Sequence record: SRR31156797_16013
Strand: one strand, 5' to 3'
DNA length: 32,044 bases
Below are positions 9,807-19,600 of this stretch, one piece after another (within the stretch, counting starts at the first letter, position 1; each line of letters starts with the position of its first letter). The notes under the pieces are model-generated. The model was not told the origin of the DNA. It worked only from the letters and a program-made list of their open reading frames with translations, and made no database searches. The position numbers were made by a program, and so were the translations under genes.

Positions 9807-10775
9807 TTATTTTTCATTTGAATCACTTTGTTCACCTATAATTGAATCGATAATATAAGGAGGTAAATTTTTAGTTTGCTGAAATACTTTACCCAGATAA
9901 TCGCCTATAATTCCAATAAGAATAAAAAGTATAGCAAATGCAAAGCTAATAAAAGTAATAATTGTAGTGTATCCATTTACAGGTCTGTCATAAAACCACA
10001 TAAATATGCTGTAACCAAATAGTATTAAACTATGAAGGCTAAAAAGCAATCCAAGAAAAATACCTGCTTTTAAGGGAGCCAGGGTATGAGTTGTAAATGC
10101 CGTAAAAGCTAACTTCATTAGTTTTGCAAAAGAATACTTACTTTCACCAGCCAGCCTGCCTGGTGCGTGAAAAGTTAGGAACACTTGCTGAAACCCTATA
10201 TTTTGAACTATACCCCTAATAAACATCGAATTATAACGATAATTTATTTTGATTTTGTCCGCAACTTTTCTGGAAATTAAAAAGAAATCTGTAGCATTGG
10301 GCTCAATTTTTTGATCAGATAATTTATTGAGTAATTTATAAAAGAAATAATTAAATAAACTCCTCAATAACCCCTTATCTTCCCTGGATTTCCGTACCAT
10401 ATTTACTACAGCTACTCCCTGAGTATATTTATCAAGCATTTGAGATAGCATTGCGGGAGGATGTTGCAAATCGGCATCCATACAAATAATTGCATCACCT
10501 GAAGCATAATCAATACCGGCAAGCATTGCTGCTTCATGTCCAAAATTACGTGAAAATGAAATTACACTTATCCTGTTATCATCTGCTTGAACCGAAGAAA
10601 GTTTCTCAATAGATGTATCTTTGCTACCATCATTTACATAAATTATTTCAAAATGATACAAACCTTTCAATTCTTCCGCAACTTTTAATATCTCACTATT
10701 AAAAGCTTCAATCATCTCCTCTTCATTATAAACTGAAACAACAATTGATATCTTTTGCTTTGTCTTACTTTCCAT
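9807..10775 (-). CDS. GT2 polyprenyl-phosphate glycosyltransferase (GtrB/ArnC/DPM1-like)
   Basis: YNEEE, VNDGSKD, FSRNFGHEAA, MDADLQHPP, RLAGESKY, two C-terminal TM helices. Confidence 0.9.
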   Translation of the reverse strand: MESKTKQKISIVVSVYNEEEMIEAFNSEILKVAEELKGLYHFEIIYVNDGSKDTSIEKLSSVQADDNRISVISFSRNFGHEAAMLAGIDYASGDAIICMDADLQHPPAMLSQMLDKYTQGVAVVNMVRKSREDKGLLRSLFNYFFYKLLNKLSDQKIEPNATDFFLISRKVADKIKINYRYNSMFIRGIVQNIGFQQVFLTFHAPGRLAGESKYSFAKLMKLAFTAFTTHTLAPLKAGIFLGLLFSLHSLILFGYSIFMWFYDRPVNGYTTIITFISFAFAILFILIGIIGDYLGKVFQQTKNLPPYIIDSIIGEQSDSNEK

Positions 10776-10964
10776 TGAGTATGTTTAAATAGCAAAAATG
10801 ACAAAAAAAATCGGAAAATACGAATAAGAAATTTGAAAGAAGTTAACTGTACCAATATCAGCTTAAATATTTTCTTTTAAACTGTAATAAAAATGCATTA
10901 ATGGATACCTATTCAACAGATAAACCTTTTTGAGGATTTATTCCAATAATCAGCATAATTATAC

Positions 10965-10972
10965 TAATTTTG
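10965..10972 (+). promoter_or_regulatory. Bacteroidota -7 element for dapB-lepB-lepB2
   Basis: TAATTTTG 60 nt upstream of the dapB ATG. Confidence 0.6.
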
Positions 10973-11032
10973 CCAAGTTTAAATAAAGCAAACGATTGAA
11001 TTTACAGTCGTTGGCACAAAAAAATAAAATGT

Positions 11033-11749
11033 ATGAAAGTTCTTCTTGTAGGTTACGGTCGAATGGGAAAAGAAGTACATGAATTGCTTAAAAACCGAAA
11101 TCATGAAGTTGTAAAAATCATAGATCAAAATAACCTTGAAGAATTAAATAATCTTGATGCTACTAAAATTGATGTAGCCATTGAATTTACACAACCTGAT
11201 GTGGCTTTCAACAATATTAGCAAGTGTTTATCACAAAAAATTCCTGCCATAACAGGAACAACAGGTTGGAACGATAAACTAAACGCAGCAGCACAAATAT
11301 GCCAGGAAAATGACACTGCCTTTCTCTATGCTTCTAACTTCAGTATTGGCGTAAATTTGCTTTTTGCGATGAATGAAAGACTGGCTGAATTAATGAATGG
11401 ACAAACTCAATATAGGGCTCAAATAACAGAAACTCATCACATACATAAGAAGGATAAACCCAGTGGCACAGCGGTTTCTCTTGCTGAGCAGCTTATAAAT
11501 GGTGTGGATCGGTACGAAGATTTTCAGTTAGATAACAAAAAAGATGGCATACTGCCTATGCATGCTATCAGAGAGGGTGAAGTTTTTGGCGATCATGAGG
11601 TTTCTTATAGCTCAGATGTGGATGAACTCAAACTATCTCATAGTGCGAAGAGTAGAAAAGGTTTTGCACTAGGAGCTGTTTTAGCAGCTGAATTTATTCA
11701 CAATCGTAAAGGTGTTTTCACCATGAAAGATGTATTAAAAATTAACTAA
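11033..11749 (+). CDS. dapB: 4-hydroxy-tetrahydrodipicolinate reductase
   Basis: GYGRMG, GTTGW, ASNFSIG, ETHHIHKKDKPSGTA, SRKGFALGA. Confidence 0.96.
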   Translation: MKVLLVGYGRMGKEVHELLKNRNHEVVKIIDQNNLEELNNLDATKIDVAIEFTQPDVAFNNISKCLSQKIPAITGTTGWNDKLNAAAQICQENDTAFLYASNFSIGVNLLFAMNERLAELMNGQTQYRAQITETHHIHKKDKPSGTAVSLAEQLINGVDRYEDFQLDNKKDGILPMHAIREGEVFGDHEVSYSSDVDELKLSHSAKSRKGFALGAVLAAEFIHNRKGVFTMKDVLKIN

Positions 11750-11764
11750 GATAAATCAATAAAG

Positions 11765-13159
11765 ATGATTAAATTTTGGAAAAACAAATGGTTTAAATTA
11801 GCCCTTGCAGGTGGTTTCTACTTGTTTTGGGTAATTTGGATGGATAGTTATTTATGGTTATTAGGACTTCCAATCATATTTGATATTTATATTACCAAAA
11901 AAGTACATTGGGCTTTCTGGAAAAAGAAAGGCGTTAAAAAACAAAAAAAGATTATCGAGTGGATTGACGCTCTGATATTTGCCGTGATTGCAGCATCATT
12001 CATACGTATGTTTTTTATTGAAGCTTTTACCATCCCAACCTCATCAATGGAGAAAACCATGCGTGTTGGAGATTATTTGTTTGTAAGTAAATACCATTAT
12101 GGACCTAGAAAACCAATGACGCCTATTTCATTCCCGTTTGTTCATCATACTATGCCATTGTCAACGTATACAAAAAGTTATTCAACTGCAGTTCAATGGG
12201 AATATGATCGAATGGGCGGCTTAACTGACCTTGAGAGAAATGATATCGTAGTTTTTAACTTCCCTGAAGGTGATACAGTTATTATTGATTACCAAAATCA
12301 AAGCTATTATCAAATCATAAGAAATGAAGCTCAAGCCATGATGAATAGTGACCGTATGCGGGGAGCTATCCATCCATATAAATTCTACGAAAAGAAAGTT
12401 CGTAATATGTTGCTATCGCAATATGAATGGCATGTGCGACCTTTAGATAAGCGGGAAAATTATATCAAACGTTGCGTGGCAGTTGCTGGCGATGATATTG
12501 AGATTAAAGACGGTATAATGTATATCAACGGTCAAAAACAAGAACGATTTGAAGATATGCAATACAAATATTACATATACACCAACGGACAAGCTATCAA
12601 TAAAAGAGTTCTAAGAGATATGGAAATATCTATGGAAGATCAAAGCCAATCTTTTATTAAAAGAGGGGTGTACATTTTACCATTAACAAAAAAAATGGTT
12701 GACAAACTTCGTACTTTTCCAATCGTAGATTCTGTTGTTAGAAAAATTGATCGCGGTGATCATTCAGACTATATTTTCCCTCATGATAGTCGTTATAAAT
12801 GGACACAAGATAATTTTGGGCCATTACATATTCCAAAAGCAGGAGAAACAATTAATCTAAACATGGATAATATTTCCATTTACAAACGACTAATCAAACT
12901 GTATGAACATAATGATCTTAGTATCAAAAACAATAAGATTTATATCAACGGTGAGGAAGCATCTTCTTATACCATTAAACAAGACTATTATTGGATGATG
13001 GGTGACAGTCGTCACAGTTCACAAGATTCACGCTTCTGGGGATTTGTACCTGAAGATCACGTTGTTGGAAAACCATTATTTATATGGTTATCGCTAGATA
13101 AAGATGAAACATTGTTCAATAAAATAAGATGGAACAGAATGTTCCGTTCAATTGATTAA
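11765..13159 (+). CDS. lepB: Signal peptidase I (long Bacteroidota type)
   Basis: IPTSSME (catalytic Ser94), GDYLFVSK, NYIKRC (Lys235), MMGDSRHSSQDSRFWG, IRWNR. Confidence 0.95.
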   Translation: MIKFWKNKWFKLALAGGFYLFWVIWMDSYLWLLGLPIIFDIYITKKVHWAFWKKKGVKKQKKIIEWIDALIFAVIAASFIRMFFIEAFTIPTSSMEKTMRVGDYLFVSKYHYGPRKPMTPISFPFVHHTMPLSTYTKSYSTAVQWEYDRMGGLTDLERNDIVVFNFPEGDTVIIDYQNQSYYQIIRNEAQAMMNSDRMRGAIHPYKFYEKKVRNMLLSQYEWHVRPLDKRENYIKRCVAVAGDDIEIKDGIMYINGQKQERFEDMQYKYYIYTNGQAINKRVLRDMEISMEDQSQSFIKRGVYILPLTKKMVDKLRTFPIVDSVVRKIDRGDHSDYIFPHDSRYKWTQDNFGPLHIPKAGETINLNMDNISIYKRLIKLYEHNDLSIKNNKIYINGEEASSYTIKQDYYWMMGDSRHSSQDSRFWGFVPEDHVVGKPLFIWLSLDKDETLFNKIRWNRMFRSID

Positions 13160-13193
13160 AAAGCATACTTTTTGTATGTATTGAAACGAACAA

Positions 13194-14093
13194 ATGAACG
13201 CTAAAATGAAGAAAGTATTAAAAATAGTTTTACCAATGGGCATTGTAATATGGATTGTCTTTCAATTTATGTTGACAAGACATACGCTTGAAGACTATAC
13301 AATGGAAGCCACTATTAAAAAAGGTGAATGTGTTTGGATCAATAAAATGGCTGTAGGAGCATATTTTATGGGAATGAAAATGCCTGGTCTTTCAAGCATT
13401 GAAAATAATGATGTAATCTATTTTGCCTACCCTGAAGATTTTGACAAACCAATTTACGATAAACGGCGTCTTGTATCGAGAGTAATTGGATTACCCGGAG
13501 ACCGGATTAGAATCAATTATACAGATATAACTGTAAACAAAATGCTGTTAACTAATCCGGAAGGTTTGCAAAAAGCATATCGTGTAATGCTCAAACCTGA
13601 TGCAGGGAAAAAACAATTCTTTGAAGAAAATGGAATTAGTGGCGCAAAAGCACTTGTTGATAGTTTAGAAATATATGAAGTTCCCCTAAGTGAGCAAATG
13701 GTTTCTAAACTTCGTGAAAATCCAAAAGTTGATTATGTGCGCATGATCAAAATGCGCAGAGGTGGAGCTTACCGTATTTTTCCTAAATCGCCATTTGTAT
13801 CATGGAGTGAAGATAATTATGGCCCATTACGTATACCAAAAGCCGGGGATGTTGTAAAACTTGACTACAGAAACATTGATTTCTACAAAAATATTATTGA
13901 TTATTTTGAAGGAAATAAATTCAGGCAGCACAACAGAGAGATATTCATTAACGGTAAACTTTCCAATTCATATACATTTAAAAACAACTACTACTTTGTA
14001 ATGGATGATAATCGTGATAGGATGTTCGATAGTCGTGAATTTGGTTTTGTACCCGAATCATATGTTTTAGGAAAGGTTTTAGGTATTGAATAA
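13194..14093 (+). CDS. Signal peptidase I paralogue (S26 family) with substituted catalytic residues; start may be ATG 13206
   Basis: Collinear with LepB (RVIGLPGD, DNYGPLRIPKAG, DSREFGFVPE) but Ser->Thr (DYTME) and Lys->Ser (LVSRV). Confidence 0.85.
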   Translation: MNAKMKKVLKIVLPMGIVIWIVFQFMLTRHTLEDYTMEATIKKGECVWINKMAVGAYFMGMKMPGLSSIENNDVIYFAYPEDFDKPIYDKRRLVSRVIGLPGDRIRINYTDITVNKMLLTNPEGLQKAYRVMLKPDAGKKQFFEENGISGAKALVDSLEIYEVPLSEQMVSKLRENPKVDYVRMIKMRRGGAYRIFPKSPFVSWSEDNYGPLRIPKAGDVVKLDYRNIDFYKNIIDYFEGNKFRQHNREIFINGKLSNSYTFKNNYYFVMDDNRDRMFDSREFGFVPESYVLGKVLGIE

Positions 14094-14182
14094 TCACCAG
14101 AAAATTAATAATTTAGCCGACAATAAAATAAATCAATAAGCCTTACTAATTAATAATAAAAGCAACTTTATAATTTAATATT

Positions 14183-15463
14183 ATGAAAAGAGATACCCAG
14201 GTATTTGATATCATTCAAAAAGAATATCAACGTCAAAAGAATGGAATTGAGCTAATCGCCTCTGAAAACTTTGTAAGTGAGCAAGTAATGGAAGCAATGG
14301 GTTCAGTAATGACCAATAAATATGCGGAAGGATATCCGGGAAAACGCTATTATGGTGGATGTCAACATGTTGACGAAACTGAACAATTAGCTATTGACCG
14401 CATCAAAGAGCTTTATGGCGCTGAATATGCTAACGTACAACCTCACTCTGGTGCTCAGGCTAACATGGCTGTATTTATGACTGTTTTAAAGCCAGGTGAC
14501 ACATTCATGGGGTTAGATCTATCACATGGCGGACACTTATCACACGGATCACCAGTAAATGCATCAGGTATTCTATATAATGCCATTTCTTACAAAGTAA
14601 AAGAAGATGACGGTAGAGTGGATTATGACGAAATGGAAAAAGTTGCATTGGCTGAAAAACCTAAAATGATTGTAGGTGGAGCTTCTGCTTATTCAAGAGA
14701 ATGGGATTATAAACGCATGCGTGAAATTGCTGATAAAATTGGCGCTATCTTTATGGTTGACATGGCCCACCCTGCTGGTTTAATTGCAGCCGGATTGCTA
14801 GACAACCCTGTAAAATATGCACATATTGTAACTTCAACTACTCATAAAACACTTCGCGGACCACGCGGAGGTATTATCTTAGTAGGAAAAGACTTTGAGA
14901 ACCCATGGGGAATCACCACTAAAAAAGGCGTAGTACGTAAAATGTCTTCACTACTTGATTCAGCTGTATTTCCGGGAACTCAGGGTGGACCGCTTGAGCA
15001 CGTAATTGCTGCTAAAGCAGTAGCATTTGGCGAAGCTCTAGATCCAAGCTACAAAGAATACCAAACACAAGTTAAAAAGAATGCTGCTGTTATGGCTGAC
15101 GCATTCATTAAAGCCGGTTATAAAGTTATTTCGGGCGGAACTGACAATCACTCTATGTTGATTGATTTGCGTACAAAAGCTCCTGAAATTACAGGTAAAG
15201 TAGTTGAAAACACACTAGTTAAAGCTGATATTACCATCAACAAAAACATGGTACCATTTGATAGCCGCTCTCCTTTCCAAACATCAGGATTGCGGGTTGG
15301 TACATCGGCTATTACAACCCGTGGTATGAAAGAAAACGAAATGCCTAAAATTGTTGAACTAATTGACCGTGTAATTATGAACATCGAAGATGAAAACGTA
15401 ATTGCAGAAGTTCGTAAAGAAGTAAATGAAATGATGAGCGACCGCCCAATGTTTGCGTGGTAG
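14183..15463 (+). CDS. glyA: Serine hydroxymethyltransferase
   Basis: [46 protein letters not shown] (PLP lysine). Confidence 0.98.
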   Translation: MKRDTQVFDIIQKEYQRQKNGIELIASENFVSEQVMEAMGSVMTNKYAEGYPGKRYYGGCQHVDETEQLAIDRIKELYGAEYANVQPHSGAQANMAVFMTVLKPGDTFMGLDLSHGGHLSHGSPVNASGILYNAISYKVKEDDGRVDYDEMEKVALAEKPKMIVGGASAYSREWDYKRMREIADKIGAIFMVDMAHPAGLIAAGLLDNPVKYAHIVTSTTHKTLRGPRGGIILVGKDFENPWGITTKKGVVRKMSSLLDSAVFPGTQGGPLEHVIAAKAVAFGEALDPSYKEYQTQVKKNAAVMADAFIKAGYKVISGGTDNHSMLIDLRTKAPEITGKVVENTLVKADITINKNMVPFDSRSPFQTSGLRVGTSAITTRGMKENEMPKIVELIDRVIMNIEDENVIAEVRKEVNEMMSDRPMFAW

Positions 15464-15486
15464 TTAATCATTCTTTAAAATACTTG

Positions 15487-15516
15487 AAGTGCAGCCATTT
15501 GGTTGCACTTTTTTTT
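15487..15516 (+). terminator. Rho-independent terminator after glyA
   Basis: AAGTGCAGCC-ATTT-GGTTGCACTT followed by a T tract. Confidence 0.85.
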
Positions 15517-15606
15517 ATTTCCATAAAATAAAAAACTCTATACGTTGTTTTATTAATAGGAAGCATTAGTTTTACAAATAATTGTCAACATCCAATTAAT
15601 ACAGCT

Positions 15607-16626
15607 ATGAAAAAAATTGCATTTCAGTTATTACTAACATTTTTATCGATCTCCGTTTTTAGTCAAACAATCGACAGTCTTGTAAGAGAAGGTATTAAGC
15701 TACATGATCAGGGAAAACTCACTGATGCTATAGCTATGTATCAACAAGCGTTAGAGATTGATCCTGAATCTTCACTAGTACACTATGAACTAAGTTTATC
15801 GTATATGCATTTAAAAGAATATGCTAAATCAATTGAGCATAGTGACAAAGTAATAAAAGCAAATGGTGAACACTTACTACCAGCTTATATTTCAAATGGT
15901 TCGTGTTTGGATTATTTAGGCAAAACAAAACAATCAATAAAAGTCTTCAAAAAAGGATTGAAAAAATTTGGCCCACATTATTTACTTTCATATAATCTAG
16001 CCTATACTTATTATAGGACACAAAAAATTGAAGAAGCAATTGAACAATTAGAGGCGGCAATAAAGCACAACAATTATCACCAAAGCAGCCATTATTTATT
16101 GGGCATCATATTATCAGAGCAAAATCAAAGAGTTCAAAGCCTCTTAAGTTTACACTACTTTTTATTTCTGGAACCAAACTCAGATAGGTCAGAAATCGCA
16201 TACCAAGTTCTTTACCAACAATTTAATAGTGGAGCATCAAGGGATAAGAATAAACCAAATACAATAAATGTTAATATATCATCTGATCAAAGTTCAGAAT
16301 TCAGACCTGCAGATTTAATGATTTCAATGTTAGGAGCTACAAAATTCACAGAAGAGAATCAGGAAAAATCGGAAGAAGAGTTATTCATAGAAAATACTAA
16401 AAGCTTTTTCTCGATATTGGGTGAATTAAAAGAAAAAAACAATAATAAAAGCATTTGGTGGGATTTTTATATTCCATTTTTCTACAAATTAGCACAGTCA
16501 AATCATTTAGACACATATTGCAATTATATTAGTCAAATTGCCAATGAGTCTGCAAATGAATGGCTTAATAAAAATGAAGAAAAACTAAATGCATTTGATG
16601 CCTGGCTCAAAAAAACTTATAATTAA
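15607..16626 (+). CDS. Exported tetratricopeptide repeat protein
   Basis: Signal peptide ending VFS|Q; TPR patterns (AIAMYQQALEIDP, YNLAYTYY, HYLLGIIL). Confidence 0.85.
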   Translation: MKKIAFQLLLTFLSISVFSQTIDSLVREGIKLHDQGKLTDAIAMYQQALEIDPESSLVHYELSLSYMHLKEYAKSIEHSDKVIKANGEHLLPAYISNGSCLDYLGKTKQSIKVFKKGLKKFGPHYLLSYNLAYTYYRTQKIEEAIEQLEAAIKHNNYHQSSHYLLGIILSEQNQRVQSLLSLHYFLFLEPNSDRSEIAYQVLYQQFNSGASRDKNKPNTINVNISSDQSSEFRPADLMISMLGATKFTEENQEKSEEELFIENTKSFFSILGELKEKNNNKSIWWDFYIPFFYKLAQSNHLDTYCNYISQIANESANEWLNKNEEKLNAFDAWLKKTYN

Positions 16627-16630
16627 AACT

Positions 16631-16660
16631 AAAAATGAAAGCCGGCATAAACCGGCTTTC
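16631..16660 (-). terminator. Rho-independent terminator between convergent genes
   Basis: Perfect 9-bp stem GAAAGCCGG-CATAAA-CCGGCTTTC, followed by ATTTTT on the minus strand. Confidence 0.8.
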
Positions 16661-16669
16661 CAAAATAAA

Positions 16670-19600
16670 TTATTCCACTATAATTTTCTTAATAAATTGC
16701 TTGCCACTATTTTCAAACAATACATAATAAATTCCTGCAGGTTGGGCAGTTAAATCTATTTGTTGCGGTTGACTTAGATCAAGTGTTTTTTCTTCCAGTA
16801 AATTTGCTTTTTGATCTAATATTTTCACACTTACATTTCCTGTCATTCCTTCAACAGAGCCAATGTTAAACAGCCCATTACCCGGATTTGGAAAGATGTT
16901 TATATTAGCTTCTTTTACCACATCAATTCCAACACCATGAACTATAATGTAACCGCTTTTTGTTTCAGTATCGCTGTTATAGTCATTTGCTGCGATCAAA
17001 GTAACTGTATAAACTCCCGGCGCCAAGTATTTATGCGATGGAGATACTTCTACACTGGTATTATCATCTCCAAAATCCCAATCAAAGTCGTCGGCATTGG
17101 TAGACAGGTTAGTAAAGAATACGGTTAACGTATCGTAATTACTCTCTGTCGGACTACCTTCAAATTGAGCCACAGCTTGCAATGCATTTACTGTAATGTA
17201 GTTATTTTTTGTTTCAGTATCAGATCCGGTTGCATTTGTAGCTGTTAAGGCCACCGTATAACTTCCTGGTTCGGTATATTCATGCGATGGATTTTGATCT
17301 GAACTTGTACCAGTATCACCAAAGTCCCAGCTCCATGAAGTAGCATCAGTTGAAGCATCAGTAAATGAAACTGTTAAAGGTGCATTACCTGAAGTTGGAG
17401 AACCTGAGAATGCTGCCGTTGGCACAATTGAAATATCTACTGACGCTGTATTCGATTCTGCTGATGAACCGGTTGGATCAACGTAATTAGCAATCATATG
17501 GTAATCATAACTTCCAATATCCAAATTCATATCTGTATATGTTACCTGAGCAGGATCTGCTATTGTAGTCAATAGTGCGTCATTTCTATAAATTGTATAA
17601 TTATCAGGTATTGAACCAATATAGACATCATCTATACACAATTGATAGCCATCATTATATTCATATACAAAGGCTAATTGAATTGTTTCAGTAGCATATG
17701 CAGATAAATCTAACTCAACAGGAGAAGCATATTGGTTATTTGATGATTCATCAGATAAATCCAAAATACTTGTCCAGACCCCGTTGTCTTTAACATATAT
17801 ATGAAACAAGGTTTGAAAGGTTGAAGTACTATTATACCACATCCAGAAAGACAATTTAGTTGAAGCAGCCGGCACAAATTCAGGTGTAATCAGCCAATTA
17901 AAGTCAGGTGCAGTATAACCTAATCCTGCTGAGTAAACACCCGTATGTATATACTGCGGATCAGTTCCACCAAAAGATGTTTCATCAATTTGGCTCCATG
18001 TTGCTCCGGTTGGATCACTTAAAGCACCAAAGGCTGTGGTTGAATATTGCACATCCCATCCCGCAGGTGGCCATGTACCTTCAAATCCTTCTGAAATTAA
18101 TGGAGCATCATTAGGGACATTCCAGGTTAATACTACATCATCCTGGTTCTGCACATTAGCTTGTAAATTTGAAACAGGCGGAAAGTCTGGCATTTCTACT
18201 ACGGTAATATAGCTTGTTTTAGTCTCAGTATCTGAACCTTGACTATTCTCAACAGTAAGACTAACGTTATATGTTCCTGTTGCAGCATAACTAACCACTG
18301 GATTTTGTATATCTGAAGTGGATGGAGTAGCTCCGGTAAAGGTCCAGTCCCATGTATCTGGAGAATTTGTCGATAAATCATTGAATTGCACATTTTGTCC
18401 CACATACACAGTTGTATTAACAGCCTCAAAATCTGCCACTGGAGCGGCAGCAGGACTAGTATATAAATCACTTTCCCATAATCCTCTACCAAAAGTAGCA
18501 GCTCTTAATTTACTATTTGCAGGTGTTGCATCGTAGTATATTTCTAATTCAGTTACAACCACATTTGGCAAATTTGTCATAAATGGTACCCAATCAGCTG
18601 AACCACGTTTCATATAAACACCTCGGTCTGTTCCTACATATAATTCATTTAAACTAGTTTCTTGTTTATTGTGCACAATAGTCATTACAGGTAAATTTGG
18701 TAATCCACTGGATATATTTGTCCAACTTGATCCTCCATTTGTCGATTCATATACCCTGTTTCCATCATAACCACCCATTGTAACCCAAATGGTATTGGGA
18801 TCTGTTGCATGTATAGCTACATAAGTTATGCTGTAGTTATAAGTTGGTAGAGTACCAGTAATGTCTGACCAACTGGTTCCTCCATTTGAAGTATACCAAA
18901 TATCATCAGGGTCAGCAATCACCATCACACTGCTATTTGATTCAGCAATTGCAAGTGATCTAAACTTATCTGAGCTTTCTAGCGTGCCAAGTTGCGACCA
19001 ACTGTCACCTCTATTTGTTGATTTCCATATTTTATCGTAACCAACAATTAGGGTCTCATTGTCATTGGGGTCAATCACATAAGGTGAAACCCACCATCCA
19101 TTATTTCCACCTGTAATATTATCTGAAATAGTTGTATAATTTGACCATCCATTAGTAGTGCGATAAAGGGTTCCATAGACGTATGTTGCATATTGAACAT
19201 CAGAATTAACAGGGTCAATGGCACATTCCATTCCATCTCCACCTGTTACATCATCCCAAAAGCTACCATTATACATTTTGGAACCATTATCCTGATTACC
19301 AATTATGGTCATATCAGTTTCTGACTGACTTACGCCCAATCGATATATTTGCGTGATATACAAATCGTTACTTAAATCAGTCCAGGAAGTTCCACTGTTT
19401 GTAGTTTTGTAAATTCCACCATCATTTCCTTCGAAAAGCGTACCGTCACTCTCTCTGTATTTTAAAACGTGTTTATCGGCATGAACTTCAGGAGAGCCTG
19501 AAAAGTTATAACCAGTATAACTTGTCCACATATTATTGTTCACCCATGATGATCCACCATTAGCAGACCGCCAGGTATTTACACCTCCAATAAATACTTC

